A stretch of DNA of 64,000 nt from an uncultured archaeon (lineage in GTDB: Archaea; Altiarchaeota; Altiarchaeia; IMC4; SCGC-AAA252-I15): positions 316 to 64,315 of the forward strand of contig CABMCB010000092.1 of NCBI GenBank assembly GCA_902384455.1, in the 5' to 3' direction. A model generated the notes under the pieces. It did no database searches, had not been told where the DNA came from, and worked only from the letters and a program-made list of their open reading frames with translations. A program made the translations under genes and the position numbers. This document shows, in pieces, positions 36,081-46,455 of the stretch (within the stretch, counting starts at the first letter, position 1; the number at the start of each line of letters is the position of its first letter).

Positions 36081-36284
36081 TTATTTTCCGGTTAATTCTT
36101 TTTTCTGTTTTTCGTATTCTTTTTTTGTCAGTTCTCCTTTTGCGTATTTTTTCTTCAGTTTTTCCAGGGGTGTTTCTTCAGGGGATTTGTTTGATGCCGG
36201 CCTGAAGTACCAGATTATGAGGATTATGAGGCCTATGAGGAAGAGGATCCATGTTAGCGGAGTTATGGCGTCGAGTATGTTCAT
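36081..36284 (-). CDS. Membrane-anchored SHOCT-domain protein
   Basis: An N-terminal TM helix plus a C-terminal KGELTKKEYEKQKKEL SHOCT motif. Confidence 0.55.
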   Translation of the reverse strand: MNILDAITPLTWILFLIGLIILIIWYFRPASNKSPEETPLEKLKKKYAKGELTKKEYEKQKKELTGK

Positions 36285-36332
36285 GCGTTTGTATTAGGCG
36301 CCTTTTTTATTTAGTTTCGTTAATGGGTTGTT

Positions 36333-36713
36333 ATGAAATGGGTTTTCCTTGTTTGTTTGGTTTTTTTGTGCGGTTGCTTGGATGGTTCTTCGCCTCAGAC
36401 GCAGCAGACTCCGTCGGGCGTTGCTGATAACTGCAGCACTTGCGTTGTTCCGGCTGTTGGCGCTGTGGTGAACGTTGACGTTAAGGATTTTGCTTTTAGT
36501 CCGCAGGATGTGCGGGTGAAGGTTAATGACGTCGTCGTCTGGACCAACAGGGACTCAGTGCCTCACGCTATTGTTTCCGATTCCGGCGGCGAACTTAACT
36601 CCGCTCTTTTGAATAACGGCGAAACGTTTTCGCATTTGTTCAAGTCAGCGGAGGTTGTTAACTACCATTGCTCTGTGCATCCTTCGATGAAGGGTACTGT
36701 GACTGTTGAGTGA
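36333..36713 (+). CDS. Cupredoxin (plastocyanin/halocyanin-like blue copper protein), probable lipoprotein
   Basis: Type 1 copper ligands in the ...H...CSVHPSMKG pattern. The N-terminus has a signal and Cys (LVFLCGC). Confidence 0.7.
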   Translation: MKWVFLVCLVFLCGCLDGSSPQTQQTPSGVADNCSTCVVPAVGAVVNVDVKDFAFSPQDVRVKVNDVVVWTNRDSVPHAIVSDSGGELNSALLNNGETFSHLFKSAEVVNYHCSVHPSMKGTVTVE

Positions 36714-36714
36714 C

Positions 36715-37560
36715 TTATTTCCTTTTGAAGTAGGCAACAACCTTTGGCAGAAGAGGAAGCGTTAGCAGTGCCGCAGTTGCGATTTCAGGAATTTCCGCGT
36801 TTGACGCTAGAAAGAAGATTGTGGTCATAGCCGCTGGCACCGAAAGCAAGTCGGAGAATTTTTTGGGCACGAATCCGTTTAACGTCGGGATTATGAAGAG
36901 GAATGACGCGGCAATAAAAATCAACGCTAGGCAGTGCCCTATTTGCTCTGTTAGCAGGCCGATTGTTTGCGCTTGCGTGATTAGTCCCATGCTCGTAAGT
37001 ATGACGCTCCAGTCGTGGGTTTGAGGCGTTAATGCGATGCCGCCGAACCCTGTTCCGTATGGGTTTTCCGCGGACTGCATGTACTGCCCTGCGTGCTGAA
37101 TCGACAGTGCGGCGCACAAGAGAAAGACGGCTGCGGCGTAATTCGTCTTTTTGTTTGTGAACAGTATTGCCGCAGGAACCAGTGTCGCCAGAAGCTCCGT
37201 GAGTGTTCCGCTCAGGCTGCATATGAATCCGCCGCCGGTTAAGGCGCAGGATATTCCGTGCCCCGCCTCATGCACCCAGACGATTATCATGTTGTAGAAG
37301 AAGCCCACTGGGGCGTTTACGAGGGAAGTGAATGCCGCGGGAAATGCGAAGGCCAAGAATAGTATTCCGGACAGCAGGATGTTTTCCTGGCTCTGCTTTT
37401 CTTTTTCCTTTAGTTCCAACGCACTGTTGAAAGTAGAGTACCTCTTTTTCTGCGCGTCTACTTCATCTTCCCTAAGTTCCGGCGGAACCCAGTCTTCCAC
37501 GCCCAGCTCTTTAACCGAAGGAATCGGCGTCGGCACAGTTAAGTATTCTAAGGAACACAA
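36715..37560 (-). CDS. Polytopic membrane protein with an intramembrane HExxH motif (putative metalloprotease)
   Basis: WVHEAGHGISCALTGG lies within a TM helix. 281 aa with multiple TMs. Confidence 0.4.
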   Translation of the reverse strand: MCSLEYLTVPTPIPSVKELGVEDWVPPELREDEVDAQKKRYSTFNSALELKEKEKQSQENILLSGILFLAFAFPAAFTSLVNAPVGFFYNMIIVWVHEAGHGISCALTGGGFICSLSGTLTELLATLVPAAILFTNKKTNYAAAVFLLCAALSIQHAGQYMQSAENPYGTGFGGIALTPQTHDWSVILTSMGLITQAQTIGLLTEQIGHCLALIFIAASFLFIIPTLNGFVPKKFSDLLSVPAAMTTIFFLASNAEIPEIATAALLTLPLLPKVVAYFKRK

Positions 37561-37602
37561 TTAAGCGGTATTTTTATCTGAGCCCACACACTTTTTTATA
37601 GG

Positions 37603-38358
37603 ATGGCCAACCGAAGCATTCTGACGTTGATGCTTTCGTTCTTACTTATCATGCCTTCGCTTGCTTGCGCAGACTTGGGGCCTAAGCCTACAATGGACTT
37701 TAGTCTGGTTTATGAGACGTCGAAGCAGGTTCAACTTTTGGGCGGGGAACAGTTTGAGTGCGAGGACGCTAACTGCGCAGACATTAAGCCGCTTCTGCAG
37801 GTTGGGCCACAAAGGTTTACTTGCGAAAGCGAGTCTTGCCGAAGCATGGCCTACGGGTATTCTCGCTATCAGAAGCTTGTGTTGAATTTTTCAGACAGAA
37901 CTCGGGAAAGCAACGTGTTTAAGTCGGGCGCATTTTCTTCTAATTACGTTGTAAGGGTGAGGGATGACGGCCTTTTTGTGGAGGATATGACGCCGCCTTC
38001 CGTGGGGAGGTTTCTTTTGTTCTGCGTTTCCCTCCTGGTTACGCTCGTTTTGGAGTCGGTGGCCGCGTTAGTTTTCGTCGTTTTCCTTAAGCTTCCTAGA
38101 GGTAGGATTGTTGCATTTGTCGCTGTCGCAAACATAATTTCGCTCCCCATAGTGTGGCTTGTTTTCCCACTGCTAGGCAATGCGATTCTGGTGATTTTGC
38201 TTTCAGAAGCGTTCGCGGTATTGTTTGAGGCCGCTTTTATCCATCTTTTGAACAAGAAGATTCTGTCTCTTAGATTGGCGTTGGCGTTGAGCATCGTGAC
38301 CAATCTCATGAGCTTCGTTGTTGGCAACATCCTTCTTTGGCTGAGCCTTAGTATGTGA
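37603..38358 (+). CDS. Hypothetical membrane protein with a Cys-rich extracytoplasmic N-domain
   Basis: A signal peptide and six Cys in the first 90 aa, then 3-4 TM helices. Confidence 0.4.
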   Translation: MANRSILTLMLSFLLIMPSLACADLGPKPTMDFSLVYETSKQVQLLGGEQFECEDANCADIKPLLQVGPQRFTCESESCRSMAYGYSRYQKLVLNFSDRTRESNVFKSGAFSSNYVVRVRDDGLFVEDMTPPSVGRFLLFCVSLLVTLVLESVAALVFVVFLKLPRGRIVAFVAVANIISLPIVWLVFPLLGNAILVILLSEAFAVLFEAAFIHLLNKKILSLRLALALSIVTNLMSFVVGNILLWLSLSM

Positions 38359-38382
38359 GCCGGTTTTATTTGCTGTTGCTTA

Positions 38383-39525
38383 ATGGTTTCTGGTATGGCA
38401 CACAAGATTGCTGTCGTTCCCGGAGACGGAATAGGGCCGGAGATAATTGGGGAAGGCCGGAAGGTGCTGGACGCCGCCGCCGAAAAACACGGCTTCAAAA
38501 TCAAGTGGGAGGAGTTTCCTTACGGAGCAGACCACTATTTCGCCACAAAAGAGCTTCTGCCGGACGAAGGATTGAAGAGGCTCTCCAAGAACGAGGCCAT
38601 TTACCTTGGAGCGTTAGGAGACCCGCGCGCAACACCGGGAGTGCTCGAAAAAGGGATACTTCTGAAGATGAGATTCTACTTCGACGAATACGTGAATCTT
38701 CGCCCAATCCGCCTTCTTGAAGGCGTAGACTGCCCATTGAAAGGCAAGAAGCCGGGCGACATAAACTTCACAATAATCAGGGAAAACACCGAAGACTTTT
38801 ACGTAGGAATAGGCCACCGAGCAAAGCAAGGCAAAAACAAGCAGGAGCTTGAAGTAATACGCGACCTGTACCGCGTCAAATTCGGCCTGGACGTTGACGT
38901 GGACGGGGACGAAATCGCATACCAAATCGGCGTCATAAGCAAAAAAGGGTCGGAAAGAATCATACGGTACGCATTCGAGTACGCCAAAAAGAAGGGGAAG
39001 ACTAAGGTTACTGCGGTCGACAAAGCGAACGTATTGGACAAAGTATACGGCCTGTGGCGCGAGCAAGTTGAAGCAGTAGCCAAGGATTACCCGGAAATCC
39101 AGTATGAATTCAATTTCGTGGACGCAATCACAATGTGGTTCGTCAAGCAGCCGGAATACTACCAAGTCGTCGTGACGCCCAACATGTTCGGCGACATCAT
39201 AAGCGACCTAGGAGCGATGATTCAAGGCGGATTGGGGCTTGCGCCAGGCGGCAACATCAACCCCGACGGCGTCAGCATGTTCGAGCCAATACACGGCAGC
39301 GCCCCGAAATACAAGGGAATGAACGTGGCCAATCCTCTTGCCACTATTTGGGCGGGAGCTTTGCTTCTCGACGAAATCGGACAGGAGAAGGCCGCTGAAG
39401 ACGTTGTCCGCGCTGTTGAGTCCGTGCTTAGGGAAGGTAAGGTTAGGACGAAGGATTTGGGCGGCACAAACACCACCTCAGACATGGGTGACGCTGTCGC
39501 CAAAAAGGTTTTGGGTAAGGGATGA
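38383..39525 (+). CDS. leuB: Isocitrate/isopropylmalate dehydrogenase family enzyme (probably 3-isopropylmalate dehydrogenase)
   Basis: [14 protein letters not shown]-terminus and a ~370 aa beta-decarboxylating dehydrogenase family protein. It lies near leuCD. Confidence 0.7.
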   Translation: MVSGMAHKIAVVPGDGIGPEIIGEGRKVLDAAAEKHGFKIKWEEFPYGADHYFATKELLPDEGLKRLSKNEAIYLGALGDPRATPGVLEKGILLKMRFYFDEYVNLRPIRLLEGVDCPLKGKKPGDINFTIIRENTEDFYVGIGHRAKQGKNKQELEVIRDLYRVKFGLDVDVDGDEIAYQIGVISKKGSERIIRYAFEYAKKKGKTKVTAVDKANVLDKVYGLWREQVEAVAKDYPEIQYEFNFVDAITMWFVKQPEYYQVVVTPNMFGDIISDLGAMIQGGLGLAPGGNINPDGVSMFEPIHGSAPKYKGMNVANPLATIWAGALLLDEIGQEKAAEDVVRAVESVLREGKVRTKDLGGTNTTSDMGDAVAKKVLGKG

Positions 39526-39923
39526 AAGGCAGTTGGGTTTACGTTGCGGTGGCGCTTGCTGCGGCTGCTTACGTTGGGGGATGCCTTGGCGGCCAGGACA
39601 GCAATCTTAATTCGAATGCTACTTACGTCATCTTGTCTGCGCCCGACTTCAAGGCTTTGATTGAGGGGGGAAACGTCTTTCTCTTGGACGTCTACGTGCC
39701 TAAGCAGACGCAACTGATAGGCACTGACGCCACCATACCTTACGACAAGATTAAGGAGAACGCCGAGAGGCTGCCGCAAAAATCGGCTACAATCGCGGTG
39801 TACTGCAAAAGCGGCGAGATGGCCAAGCTTGCCGCCAAAGACTTGGTTGATTTAGGTTACACGAACGTCTACGTCCTAGAGGGTGGAACAGACGCTTGGA
39901 GAGCCGCAGGATACGACATCTGA
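39522..39923 (+). CDS. Rhodanese-domain sulfurtransferase
   Basis: [14 protein letters not shown] active-site Cys loop and a signal/TM N-terminus. Confidence 0.65.
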   Translation: MKGSWVYVAVALAAAAYVGGCLGGQDSNLNSNATYVILSAPDFKALIEGGNVFLLDVYVPKQTQLIGTDATIPYDKIKENAERLPQKSATIAVYCKSGEMAKLAAKDLVDLGYTNVYVLEGGTDAWRAAGYDI

Positions 39924-39925
39924 CA

Positions 39926-40819
39926 TTATAATCGCGTGGTGACAATCACTTTGTCCGGCAGAATAACGCTCGTGTGCTCGAACTGGGTTACGACGCCTTT
40001 AGACTTGTCTGAAAGCACAGGGTAACCGCGGATTACGCCCTGCTGCATAAGATGCAGCAACGCCTGATTCAAACGCAGCTCAGGAAGCAAATCCGCAAAC
40101 CAACGGGCTGCGAAAGGCAGACTGCCCCGCTCATAAACCGCGTCAAGAAGTAAACGCGCGTCCTTAGGCCGCACCGGCCGGTCGTTTTGCAAAGAGAAAA
40201 TCTCGACCCTGCGGCTCTCAACAACGCGGCCTGCTCCGTTTGTTGCGAATGGTTCTATTGCGACTGCGGTTCCTGGGTGTATTGTTGTTTTTGAGTTGAG
40301 GGGTATGTTTGGTATTGCTATTCCGGCGTGCAGGTCGTATTGGCGCACTTCGTGGCCTGTCAGGTTTTCTATTGGGCGGAATCCTGCGTCTGCGAGCGTT
40401 TTTTGCACGAGTGCCCCCAGTTCGCTCACGTTCAATCCTGCGGAAAGCATCGCAAGCTCCCCGTCTAACGCTCTTTTGTTGGCTTCGATCATCCGCCCGT
40501 GTTTTTGGGACAAGTCGATTGTTGCTGCGGTGTCTCCTATGTAGCCGTCCACGTGCACTCCCACGTCGACTTTGACGACGTCGTTTTCGGTGAAAATGCG
40601 TTCGTCGTCGGCTGCTGGAGTATCGTGGGCTGCTGCTTCGTTGAGGCTTATGTTCACCGGGAATGCTATGCCTGCGCCCGACTTTAGTATTAGGGTTTCC
40701 ACTTCTTGCGCAACAGAAAGAAGCGTTTCACCTGTTTTGACTCTAGAGACTCCATGCTTAAGCGCTTCAGCCGCTATCCGGCCTGCTTCCACGTATTTTT
40801 CTATTTCCTCCTGTTCCAT
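39926..40819 (-). CDS. map: Methionine aminopeptidase, type 2 (archaeal)
   Basis: 297 aa pita-bread fold (DVVKVDVGVHVDGYIGDTAAT; HGIG-like HEVRQYDLHAG). Confidence 0.85.
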   Translation of the reverse strand: MEQEEIEKYVEAGRIAAEALKHGVSRVKTGETLLSVAQEVETLILKSGAGIAFPVNISLNEAAAHDTPAADDERIFTENDVVKVDVGVHVDGYIGDTAATIDLSQKHGRMIEANKRALDGELAMLSAGLNVSELGALVQKTLADAGFRPIENLTGHEVRQYDLHAGIAIPNIPLNSKTTIHPGTAVAIEPFATNGAGRVVESRRVEIFSLQNDRPVRPKDARLLLDAVYERGSLPFAARWFADLLPELRLNQALLHLMQQGVIRGYPVLSDKSKGVVTQFEHTSVILPDKVIVTTRL

Positions 40820-40898
40820 TTGGCGTTACTTGTTGGTGTGGTGCGGCTAAAAACCCATTATAGGATGGCTTTTATCCCGACGATTCCCGTATTAATGT

Positions 40899-42239
40899 AT
40901 GTCGGCCAAGCATGTCGTAGCCGGGGATCCGGCGGCTGTAGGAGCACAAGATTCTGTTTTGCCTGCGTCTGTTTCTGCGGGCAGCCCGCCGTTTGTGAAA
41001 AGGGTTACTGGCAACGCTGATTTGATGCTTTCTCTTGAGGCGATTTTGGGACCTCAAGATAGCGTTCCTGCCGTTGAATCCGCTTTGGCCAGGATTGGTG
41101 AAGATAGGGTTTATGCTTTGGCTTCGCGCCTGCCGGCTGTAAATCCCAAAGGCACTCGGTATCCCGGGAACGCCAAAGGCAGCGACATGGCCGAAGTCAC
41201 ATTGTTCACCACTGACCCGCGGCTTAATCCGGAGAAGGTGCTTCCGGTTCTCCAACTTAAGGCATCAGCTGAACCATCAACTGCGGAAGACAAAGTGGAA
41301 ATGAGGGGAGTCGCTTATTCCCTACAGCACACGCCCCAGGCAATGAAAGCATGGTCTTCTTTCCTGCCTAAAGACGCCTCGCACGAACCCGACGCCATCG
41401 CCACAAGACTCGAAAGGCTAACTCCCACAGAATGGAAGGTGCTGCGCGCAGTCGCAGAAGAAGGCCTCCACGACTCGATGGGCGACGTGGATTTGATGGG
41501 ACTGCTTGCTGAGGGAGTTGGAGTTGACTCTGCCGCTTCCGCCGCTCATATCGCTCACCGAGCCATAGCCGTATTAAACAACAGAGCCCGCGTCACCGTC
41601 GACCCTGCTGTCGGGCGCGAAATAGACAATCTAGCTACTGAAGGCGCTAGATTGGTGGCGGCCAGAAGCAGGTTGGATGAGCAGCATGACGCGTCGCGCG
41701 CGGAATTCGAGGTTCATTTCGCTCAAGCGTTCCCCGGCCACATAAACAGGCCTGCCGTGGAAGCTGCGGCGAAACGAGGAGTCGTGCCTGCGGAAGCTAA
41801 AACCAATCCTCTTGTTTTGGCTGAACAACTTTCGATTCAAGACAAACGTGACTTACTTGCCCACCTCGAAGAAAAGGGGTACAGCGAGGCTCGCGAAGTC
41901 CTTCTTAGGTCTAGGGCAATAGTTGCTCCAGACGACCCTGAATCAAGGTTGGCGTATGCAAGGAGCGCTATAGAGAGGATAGCGGAATCAGGAAGGAAGG
42001 TTTTCGTCACCCATGCTCCTTCAGCCGGAAGATACAAGTCCGACGAAATGGGTTGGATTCTTGCCGCGAGGTATCCGCGTCAGGGAGACCAGAAGACGCA
42101 GGAAGAAACAGCCCAACAGATGACTGAATATACAAAAGGGCAGAAGAAGTACACGGTACAAGATGTGGATCAGATGGAGAAGGTGCTGCTTAGGGAGATG
42201 GCGGGATACACGTTCCTGCTCCCCGCCGGACAGAAATGA
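40899..42239 (+). CDS. Hypothetical Ala-rich soluble protein
   Basis: 446 aa ORF with no recognisable motif. The start is uncertain. Confidence 0.4.
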   Translation: MSAKHVVAGDPAAVGAQDSVLPASVSAGSPPFVKRVTGNADLMLSLEAILGPQDSVPAVESALARIGEDRVYALASRLPAVNPKGTRYPGNAKGSDMAEVTLFTTDPRLNPEKVLPVLQLKASAEPSTAEDKVEMRGVAYSLQHTPQAMKAWSSFLPKDASHEPDAIATRLERLTPTEWKVLRAVAEEGLHDSMGDVDLMGLLAEGVGVDSAASAAHIAHRAIAVLNNRARVTVDPAVGREIDNLATEGARLVAARSRLDEQHDASRAEFEVHFAQAFPGHINRPAVEAAAKRGVVPAEAKTNPLVLAEQLSIQDKRDLLAHLEEKGYSEAREVLLRSRAIVAPDDPESRLAYARSAIERIAESGRKVFVTHAPSAGRYKSDEMGWILAARYPRQGDQKTQEETAQQMTEYTKGQKKYTVQDVDQMEKVLLREMAGYTFLLPAGQK

Positions 42240-42243
42240 TAAG

Positions 42244-43254
42244 TCAACGGCGACCGTTTATTATGTTTCCTTCTGCTTTGATGTTTAGTTTGAACTGGCG
42301 TGCTACGTCCATGTTTGTTTCGCAGTGTCGGGTGATTTTGGCCGCCTGGATTTCTCCGCCGTACAGTGCTATGTAGGGTATTATTTGGTCTGCGAGGTGC
42401 GAGTCGACTGCTGCGCCAGAGTTTAGTTCGCAAGTAAGTAAGTTTGCGGCTTCCAAGCCTACTGTTTCAGAGCTTATGTTTTGGCCGCCGAGAGCGCATG
42501 CGCCTATGGTTGAGTTTTTGCAGACGCCCCAGAGGGTTATTCCGCTGCCTAAAGACAGCGAGTCAACGTACTGGTTAGCTAAAGAAGGGGCCATGTGGAA
42601 TGAGTTGTATAGGGGCGTGCGGGCGGATTTGCTTTGGCGCTCTGCGACAGACCTTTTCGCAAGTTCCTTGTGCGCGTGGGATACTCCGTGAATGGACTCT
42701 ATGTTTCCTCTTTCAAGCAGGACTAACGGTTTGGGGTCAGTTAGCGGCTGGATTTCCGCCTCAATGATACCTCCTCCGGCGGGATAGTATCCGCGGCGTT
42801 TCACTTTGAACTCCACGTTCGCGCCGAAGTTTGATAATAGTGGAAGAAAAACTTTTTCGACGTAATCCGACGAAGGAGCATGAGACACGTCGGTGCCGCC
42901 TATTAGGGTTAATGACACGGGTTGGGGCGCAGACAGAGCCACAGGCAAAATGGCCTGAAAAAGAAGTGGTGTTGAACCCGCGGTGCCCACGTCAAAACGG
43001 AAGTGTCCGCCGATTATTTTCCGGGGAGTAAAAGAAACCTCCGTCGAACCCACCTCAAGCCCTTCAACCTTTGCGTCTGACATTTGGGCTGCCGCTTTGG
43101 CTGCGGTCAGATGCTGCGGGCGCAGTCCCGGATTTTCTCTTTTAGACCTTATGTTGAATATTCGGACTGGTTCGCCGGTTACTGCTGAGAGCGCCACACT
43201 TGTTCTTAGCATCTGGCCGCCTCCTTCTCCTTTGCTTCCGTCGATGTTTATCAC
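42244..43254 (-). CDS. rtcA: RNA 3'-terminal phosphate cyclase
   Basis: N-terminal IDGSKGEGGGQMLRTSVALSAV and 336 aa length. Confidence 0.85.
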   Translation of the reverse strand: MINIDGSKGEGGGQMLRTSVALSAVTGEPVRIFNIRSKRENPGLRPQHLTAAKAAAQMSDAKVEGLEVGSTEVSFTPRKIIGGHFRFDVGTAGSTPLLFQAILPVALSAPQPVSLTLIGGTDVSHAPSSDYVEKVFLPLLSNFGANVEFKVKRRGYYPAGGGIIEAEIQPLTDPKPLVLLERGNIESIHGVSHAHKELAKRSVAERQSKSARTPLYNSFHMAPSLANQYVDSLSLGSGITLWGVCKNSTIGACALGGQNISSETVGLEAANLLTCELNSGAAVDSHLADQIIPYIALYGGEIQAAKITRHCETNMDVARQFKLNIKAEGNIINGRR

Positions 43255-43297
43255 AATGTAGATTACTTAAGGTTTGGATTGGAAATAGGTTGATGTT

Positions 43298-43858
43298 ATG
43301 TTTATTGTTTTGGAGGGCGTTGACGGTTGCGGCAAGTCTACTCAGGCTAAGTTGCTTGGGGAGTATTTGAAGGGTTTGGGTAAGCTGGTTGTTTTGACTG
43401 CCGAACCCAGCAAAAGCATGGTTGGCGTTGCGTTGAGGCAGATTTTGAGGGGGGACGCTGAGGTTGACGCTAGGACTCTTGCGCTTCTGTTTACTGCGGA
43501 CCGGATGGAGCATCTTAAGGCTGAGATTCTGCCTGCTTTGGAGTCCGGCAAGATTGTTGTGTGCGAACGGTATGTTTTGAGCACCGTAGCTTATCAGGCC
43601 GCTCAGGGTGTGGATGCGCAGTGGATTCTTGAGTTGAACAGGTTTGCGCCAAAGCCCGACGTCTCTTTCCTTTTGGAAGCGGACCCTAAGACGGCTGCTG
43701 CCCGCGCCAAGTCCGGCGAAATATTCGAGCGCGAAGACTTCCTAAAGCGCGTCACTCAGAATTACTACGCTTACGGCGGAGAACTGATAAGGATTCCGCC
43801 TCAGAGTGTCGATAAGGTTCAGGCCGCAATTAGGAAGGTCGTTGCGGGGCGGATTTAA
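43298..43858 (+). CDS. tmk: Thymidylate kinase
   Basis: FIVLEGVDGCGKSTQ P-loop, 186 aa. Confidence 0.85.
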   Translation: MFIVLEGVDGCGKSTQAKLLGEYLKGLGKLVVLTAEPSKSMVGVALRQILRGDAEVDARTLALLFTADRMEHLKAEILPALESGKIVVCERYVLSTVAYQAAQGVDAQWILELNRFAPKPDVSFLLEADPKTAAARAKSGEIFEREDFLKRVTQNYYAYGGELIRIPPQSVDKVQAAIRKVVAGRI

Positions 43859-44032
43859 GTCTGTTTGGCGGGCCCCTGGATTTTCGGCATAAGGTAGATT
43901 ATTAGTAGCCCGAAGAACACGGGGTAAAGCTGCCATGTGATTACGTAGGGAGAGAACGTGTTTATCGCCCAGAATACGAGGGCCACTATTATTGCAGAAC
44001 CTACGACAACCTTTATTCCGCTGTTGTCTTCC
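43853..44032 (-). CDS. Possible unannotated small membrane protein (59 aa)
   Basis: Manual translation gives MEDNSGIKVVVGSAIIVALVFWAINTFSPYVITWQLYPVFFGLLIIYLMPKIQGPAKQT*. It falls just below the 60 aa ORF-track cutoff and has two hydrophobic segments. Confidence 0.3.
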
Positions 44033-44071
44033 ATGCCGTTAATATCTGTGGTCGCCTTATTAAAAAAGAGG

Positions 44072-45238
44072 TTAGGCCGTCAGGTATTTGTTTGCTTGGA
44101 ATCCTTTGATTGTCCGGTGTTCTGGCGGCGCTATGAAGTATATTTGGAGTCGTTCTGCCTCGTTTTGCTCAAGGGAGCGGGCGAGGCCGCTTACTTCGTC
44201 TATGCGGCGTAGTTTTTGGTCGTATTCTACTTTGACGCGGTATTCGCTTAGTTTTGGTTCGGGTATGTCTATTATTAGGTTTCCGTTTGGGATTTGGTTT
44301 TCTTTGGCTGCTTTTTTTTCTGTTTTTGCTATGTTTTTGATTGTTTTTGCGCGTCTTTTTTCTGGTAGTGTTGAGTATTTTTCTGTGTGGAATATTTTGA
44401 ATAGGCGTCGTTGGTCGAGGCGTTTTATCATGTCTGATACGTATCCTGGTGTTTGGCGCATGTGGTGTATTAGTTCTGCGTCGTCCATTTTTTGGATTTC
44501 GTTTGGCTGTTGGTTTTCGAGGAATTTTGTTAGTGCGCGGGAGAACATTGCTTCTGCGATTCTTTTTGTGTGGTGGCGGTATACGGTCTGGTACATTAGT
44601 GAGCGGGCTATGAGCAGGCTTTCCGCGGCTTCTATTCCGCCTTCCCCTACGACGAGTTCTTTTCCGGTCCACGATAGCCGAAGAAGGATTCTTTCCACGT
44701 CTATTACTCCGTAAGTTACGCCTGCGTAGTATGCGTCGCGGACGAGGTAGTCCATTTTGTCGGCGTCTATCTCGCTTGAGATTATTCTGCTTAATGAGCC
44801 TTCTCCCAATACGAGGCCGGCCACTTTTTTAGGGTTGAGTCCGTGTTCCAACAATATGTCTGATATTTCAGTTTTGCGTATTATGCGGGCGCTTTCTTTT
44901 TCGTGGGGGTAGGAAAGCGGAGCAAGCACCGCGTCTGTCGTGTGGCTTAACGGAGGATGCCCTACGTCGTGGAGTAAGGCGGCGGCTGTGACCAGTTTCT
45001 GCTCGTCAGGCGGCAACTCCAGGTGTTCGGCTATCTGGCGGGCCACGTGCATAGTGCCTATGCTGTGTTCGAACCGTGTGCTGTTCATCGCAGGGTAAAC
45101 AAGGTAGCATAAGCCGTTTTGCTTTATTCCCCTTAGCCGCTGCATGTAGGGTGTGTCTACTAGGGATATGCTTAGGTCGTCGAAGGGGATGTTGCCGTGT
45201 ATTGGGTCGCGTATGACTTTGGTTTTATGGGCCCGCAC
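44072..45238 (-). CDS. HD-domain dNTP triphosphohydrolase (dGTPase/SAMHD1-like)
   Basis: IRDPIHGNIPF...HSIGTMHVARQ...LLHDVGHPPLSHTTD motifs. The listed ORF extends to 45505, but the likely start is the GTG at 45238 (VRAHKTKVIRDPIHG), which removes the overlap with the 45275 gene. Confidence 0.7.
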   Translation of the reverse strand: MRAHKTKVIRDPIHGNIPFDDLSISLVDTPYMQRLRGIKQNGLCYLVYPAMNSTRFEHSIGTMHVARQIAEHLELPPDEQKLVTAAALLHDVGHPPLSHTTDAVLAPLSYPHEKESARIIRKTEISDILLEHGLNPKKVAGLVLGEGSLSRIISSEIDADKMDYLVRDAYYAGVTYGVIDVERILLRLSWTGKELVVGEGGIEAAESLLIARSLMYQTVYRHHTKRIAEAMFSRALTKFLENQQPNEIQKMDDAELIHHMRQTPGYVSDMIKRLDQRRLFKIFHTEKYSTLPEKRRAKTIKNIAKTEKKAAKENQIPNGNLIIDIPEPKLSEYRVKVEYDQKLRRIDEVSGLARSLEQNEAERLQIYFIAPPEHRTIKGFQANKYLTA

Positions 45239-45274
45239 GTATTTTATTTCGGGGGACTGCGTTAATAAGAAGAG

Positions 45275-46129
45275 ATGGAGAAAAAACGTGATGCCAGTAG
45301 CTGGAAGTGGCGGGCTCTTGCTATAGGGGCCGTCGTCTTGGCGGCGTACGTTTGGCTGAGCCATACGGGAAGCGAAGCGGACGTATCCGTTGGCAGCGCA
45401 ATAAATCCCGCGCACCTTATCTCTTTGATGGGGGCTGCCGTATACGATGTTGACGCGTACAAGTTTAACGTCAGCTTCGTTGACAGGGTCTACGGAACAA
45501 ACCAAGGAGGATACGTTAACGCTGTCATGGGAGTGCAGACTAAGGGCGTAGCAAACGTTAAGACACGTTGGCTGGCTTCCGACGTACTCACAGGGATGCT
45601 TTGGTTCGAGGGGAACACTTCATCAGACCAGGAAAAGAACATCACAATATACGTGATTGACAACAGCATGTATTCTAAGCCCCAAGACATCTGGTTCAAG
45701 CAGAATATTACGCCCAAAAAACTCATATGGAACAACCTCACACACCCCCAACAGCATTTCAACCTCCTTAAGGGATCGGAAATGAACATATCAGGCCCCA
45801 CATACGTCGGCGGCCACACAGTCTGGGTTGTTGACGCCAAACCGCGCAAGGAGGCCGTTATGGGGTATTTGGAGCAGGCCACGAGCGGGGGGGGAATAGG
45901 AGGTTCTGTGGAGGGGGCTCAGACTATAAGGGACGTCAGGTTGTGGATGTGGGTTGATGCCGAAAGGAATCTGCCTTTACGGTCGGACATTATGGTGCAG
46001 TTCGTTGACGGGGATGTTACTTCGCAGGCGGAGGTAATCACTGACTTGTTTGATTACGGCGGCTTGGGAGCGATTACTGTTCCGCCTGAAGTAGAGGATG
46101 CTATAGAAGACCCAAGCGAGATTAATTAA
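45275..46129 (+). CDS. Hypothetical exported protein with an N-terminal TM anchor
   Basis: 284 aa with a signal-anchor (ALAIGAVVLAAYVWL). No recognised domain. Confidence 0.45.
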   Translation: MEKKRDASSWKWRALAIGAVVLAAYVWLSHTGSEADVSVGSAINPAHLISLMGAAVYDVDAYKFNVSFVDRVYGTNQGGYVNAVMGVQTKGVANVKTRWLASDVLTGMLWFEGNTSSDQEKNITIYVIDNSMYSKPQDIWFKQNITPKKLIWNNLTHPQQHFNLLKGSEMNISGPTYVGGHTVWVVDAKPRKEAVMGYLEQATSGGGIGGSVEGAQTIRDVRLWMWVDAERNLPLRSDIMVQFVDGDVTSQAEVITDLFDYGGLGAITVPPEVEDAIEDPSEIN

Positions 46130-46419
46130 TTGGCGGCAGCAGATTTTGTAGGCCGCATTTTCCATATCGCTAATGCGGCTATTGTCACGAATATGAATGT
46201 GGCTGTTGTTGTTGTGGGGTTTGCCGGCACTTCGAACGTCTTGCTGAGGAAGTATAGTATGAGTGGGGGTGTTAGGCCGAGTATGAAGCTGTATCCTAGG
46301 CGTTCTAGGACGTCTAGGTCTTGTTTTCTTGGGAATATTGCGTATGAGATGGCTATGCCCGGTATTAGTAGCAGTGCCATAAGGACTATAGTGCCTTTTA
46401 CTGCGGTGACTGCGTCCAT
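46126..46419 (-). CDS. Small hypothetical membrane protein
   Basis: 97 aa, three hydrophobic helices. Confidence 0.35.
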   Translation of the reverse strand: MDAVTAVKGTIVLMALLLIPGIAISYAIFPRKQDLDVLERLGYSFILGLTPPLILYFLSKTFEVPANPTTTTATFIFVTIAALAIWKMRPTKSAAAN

Positions 46420-46455
46420 GGGTTAATACGTTCCCTTGAGCCCTTAAAAATGCGG

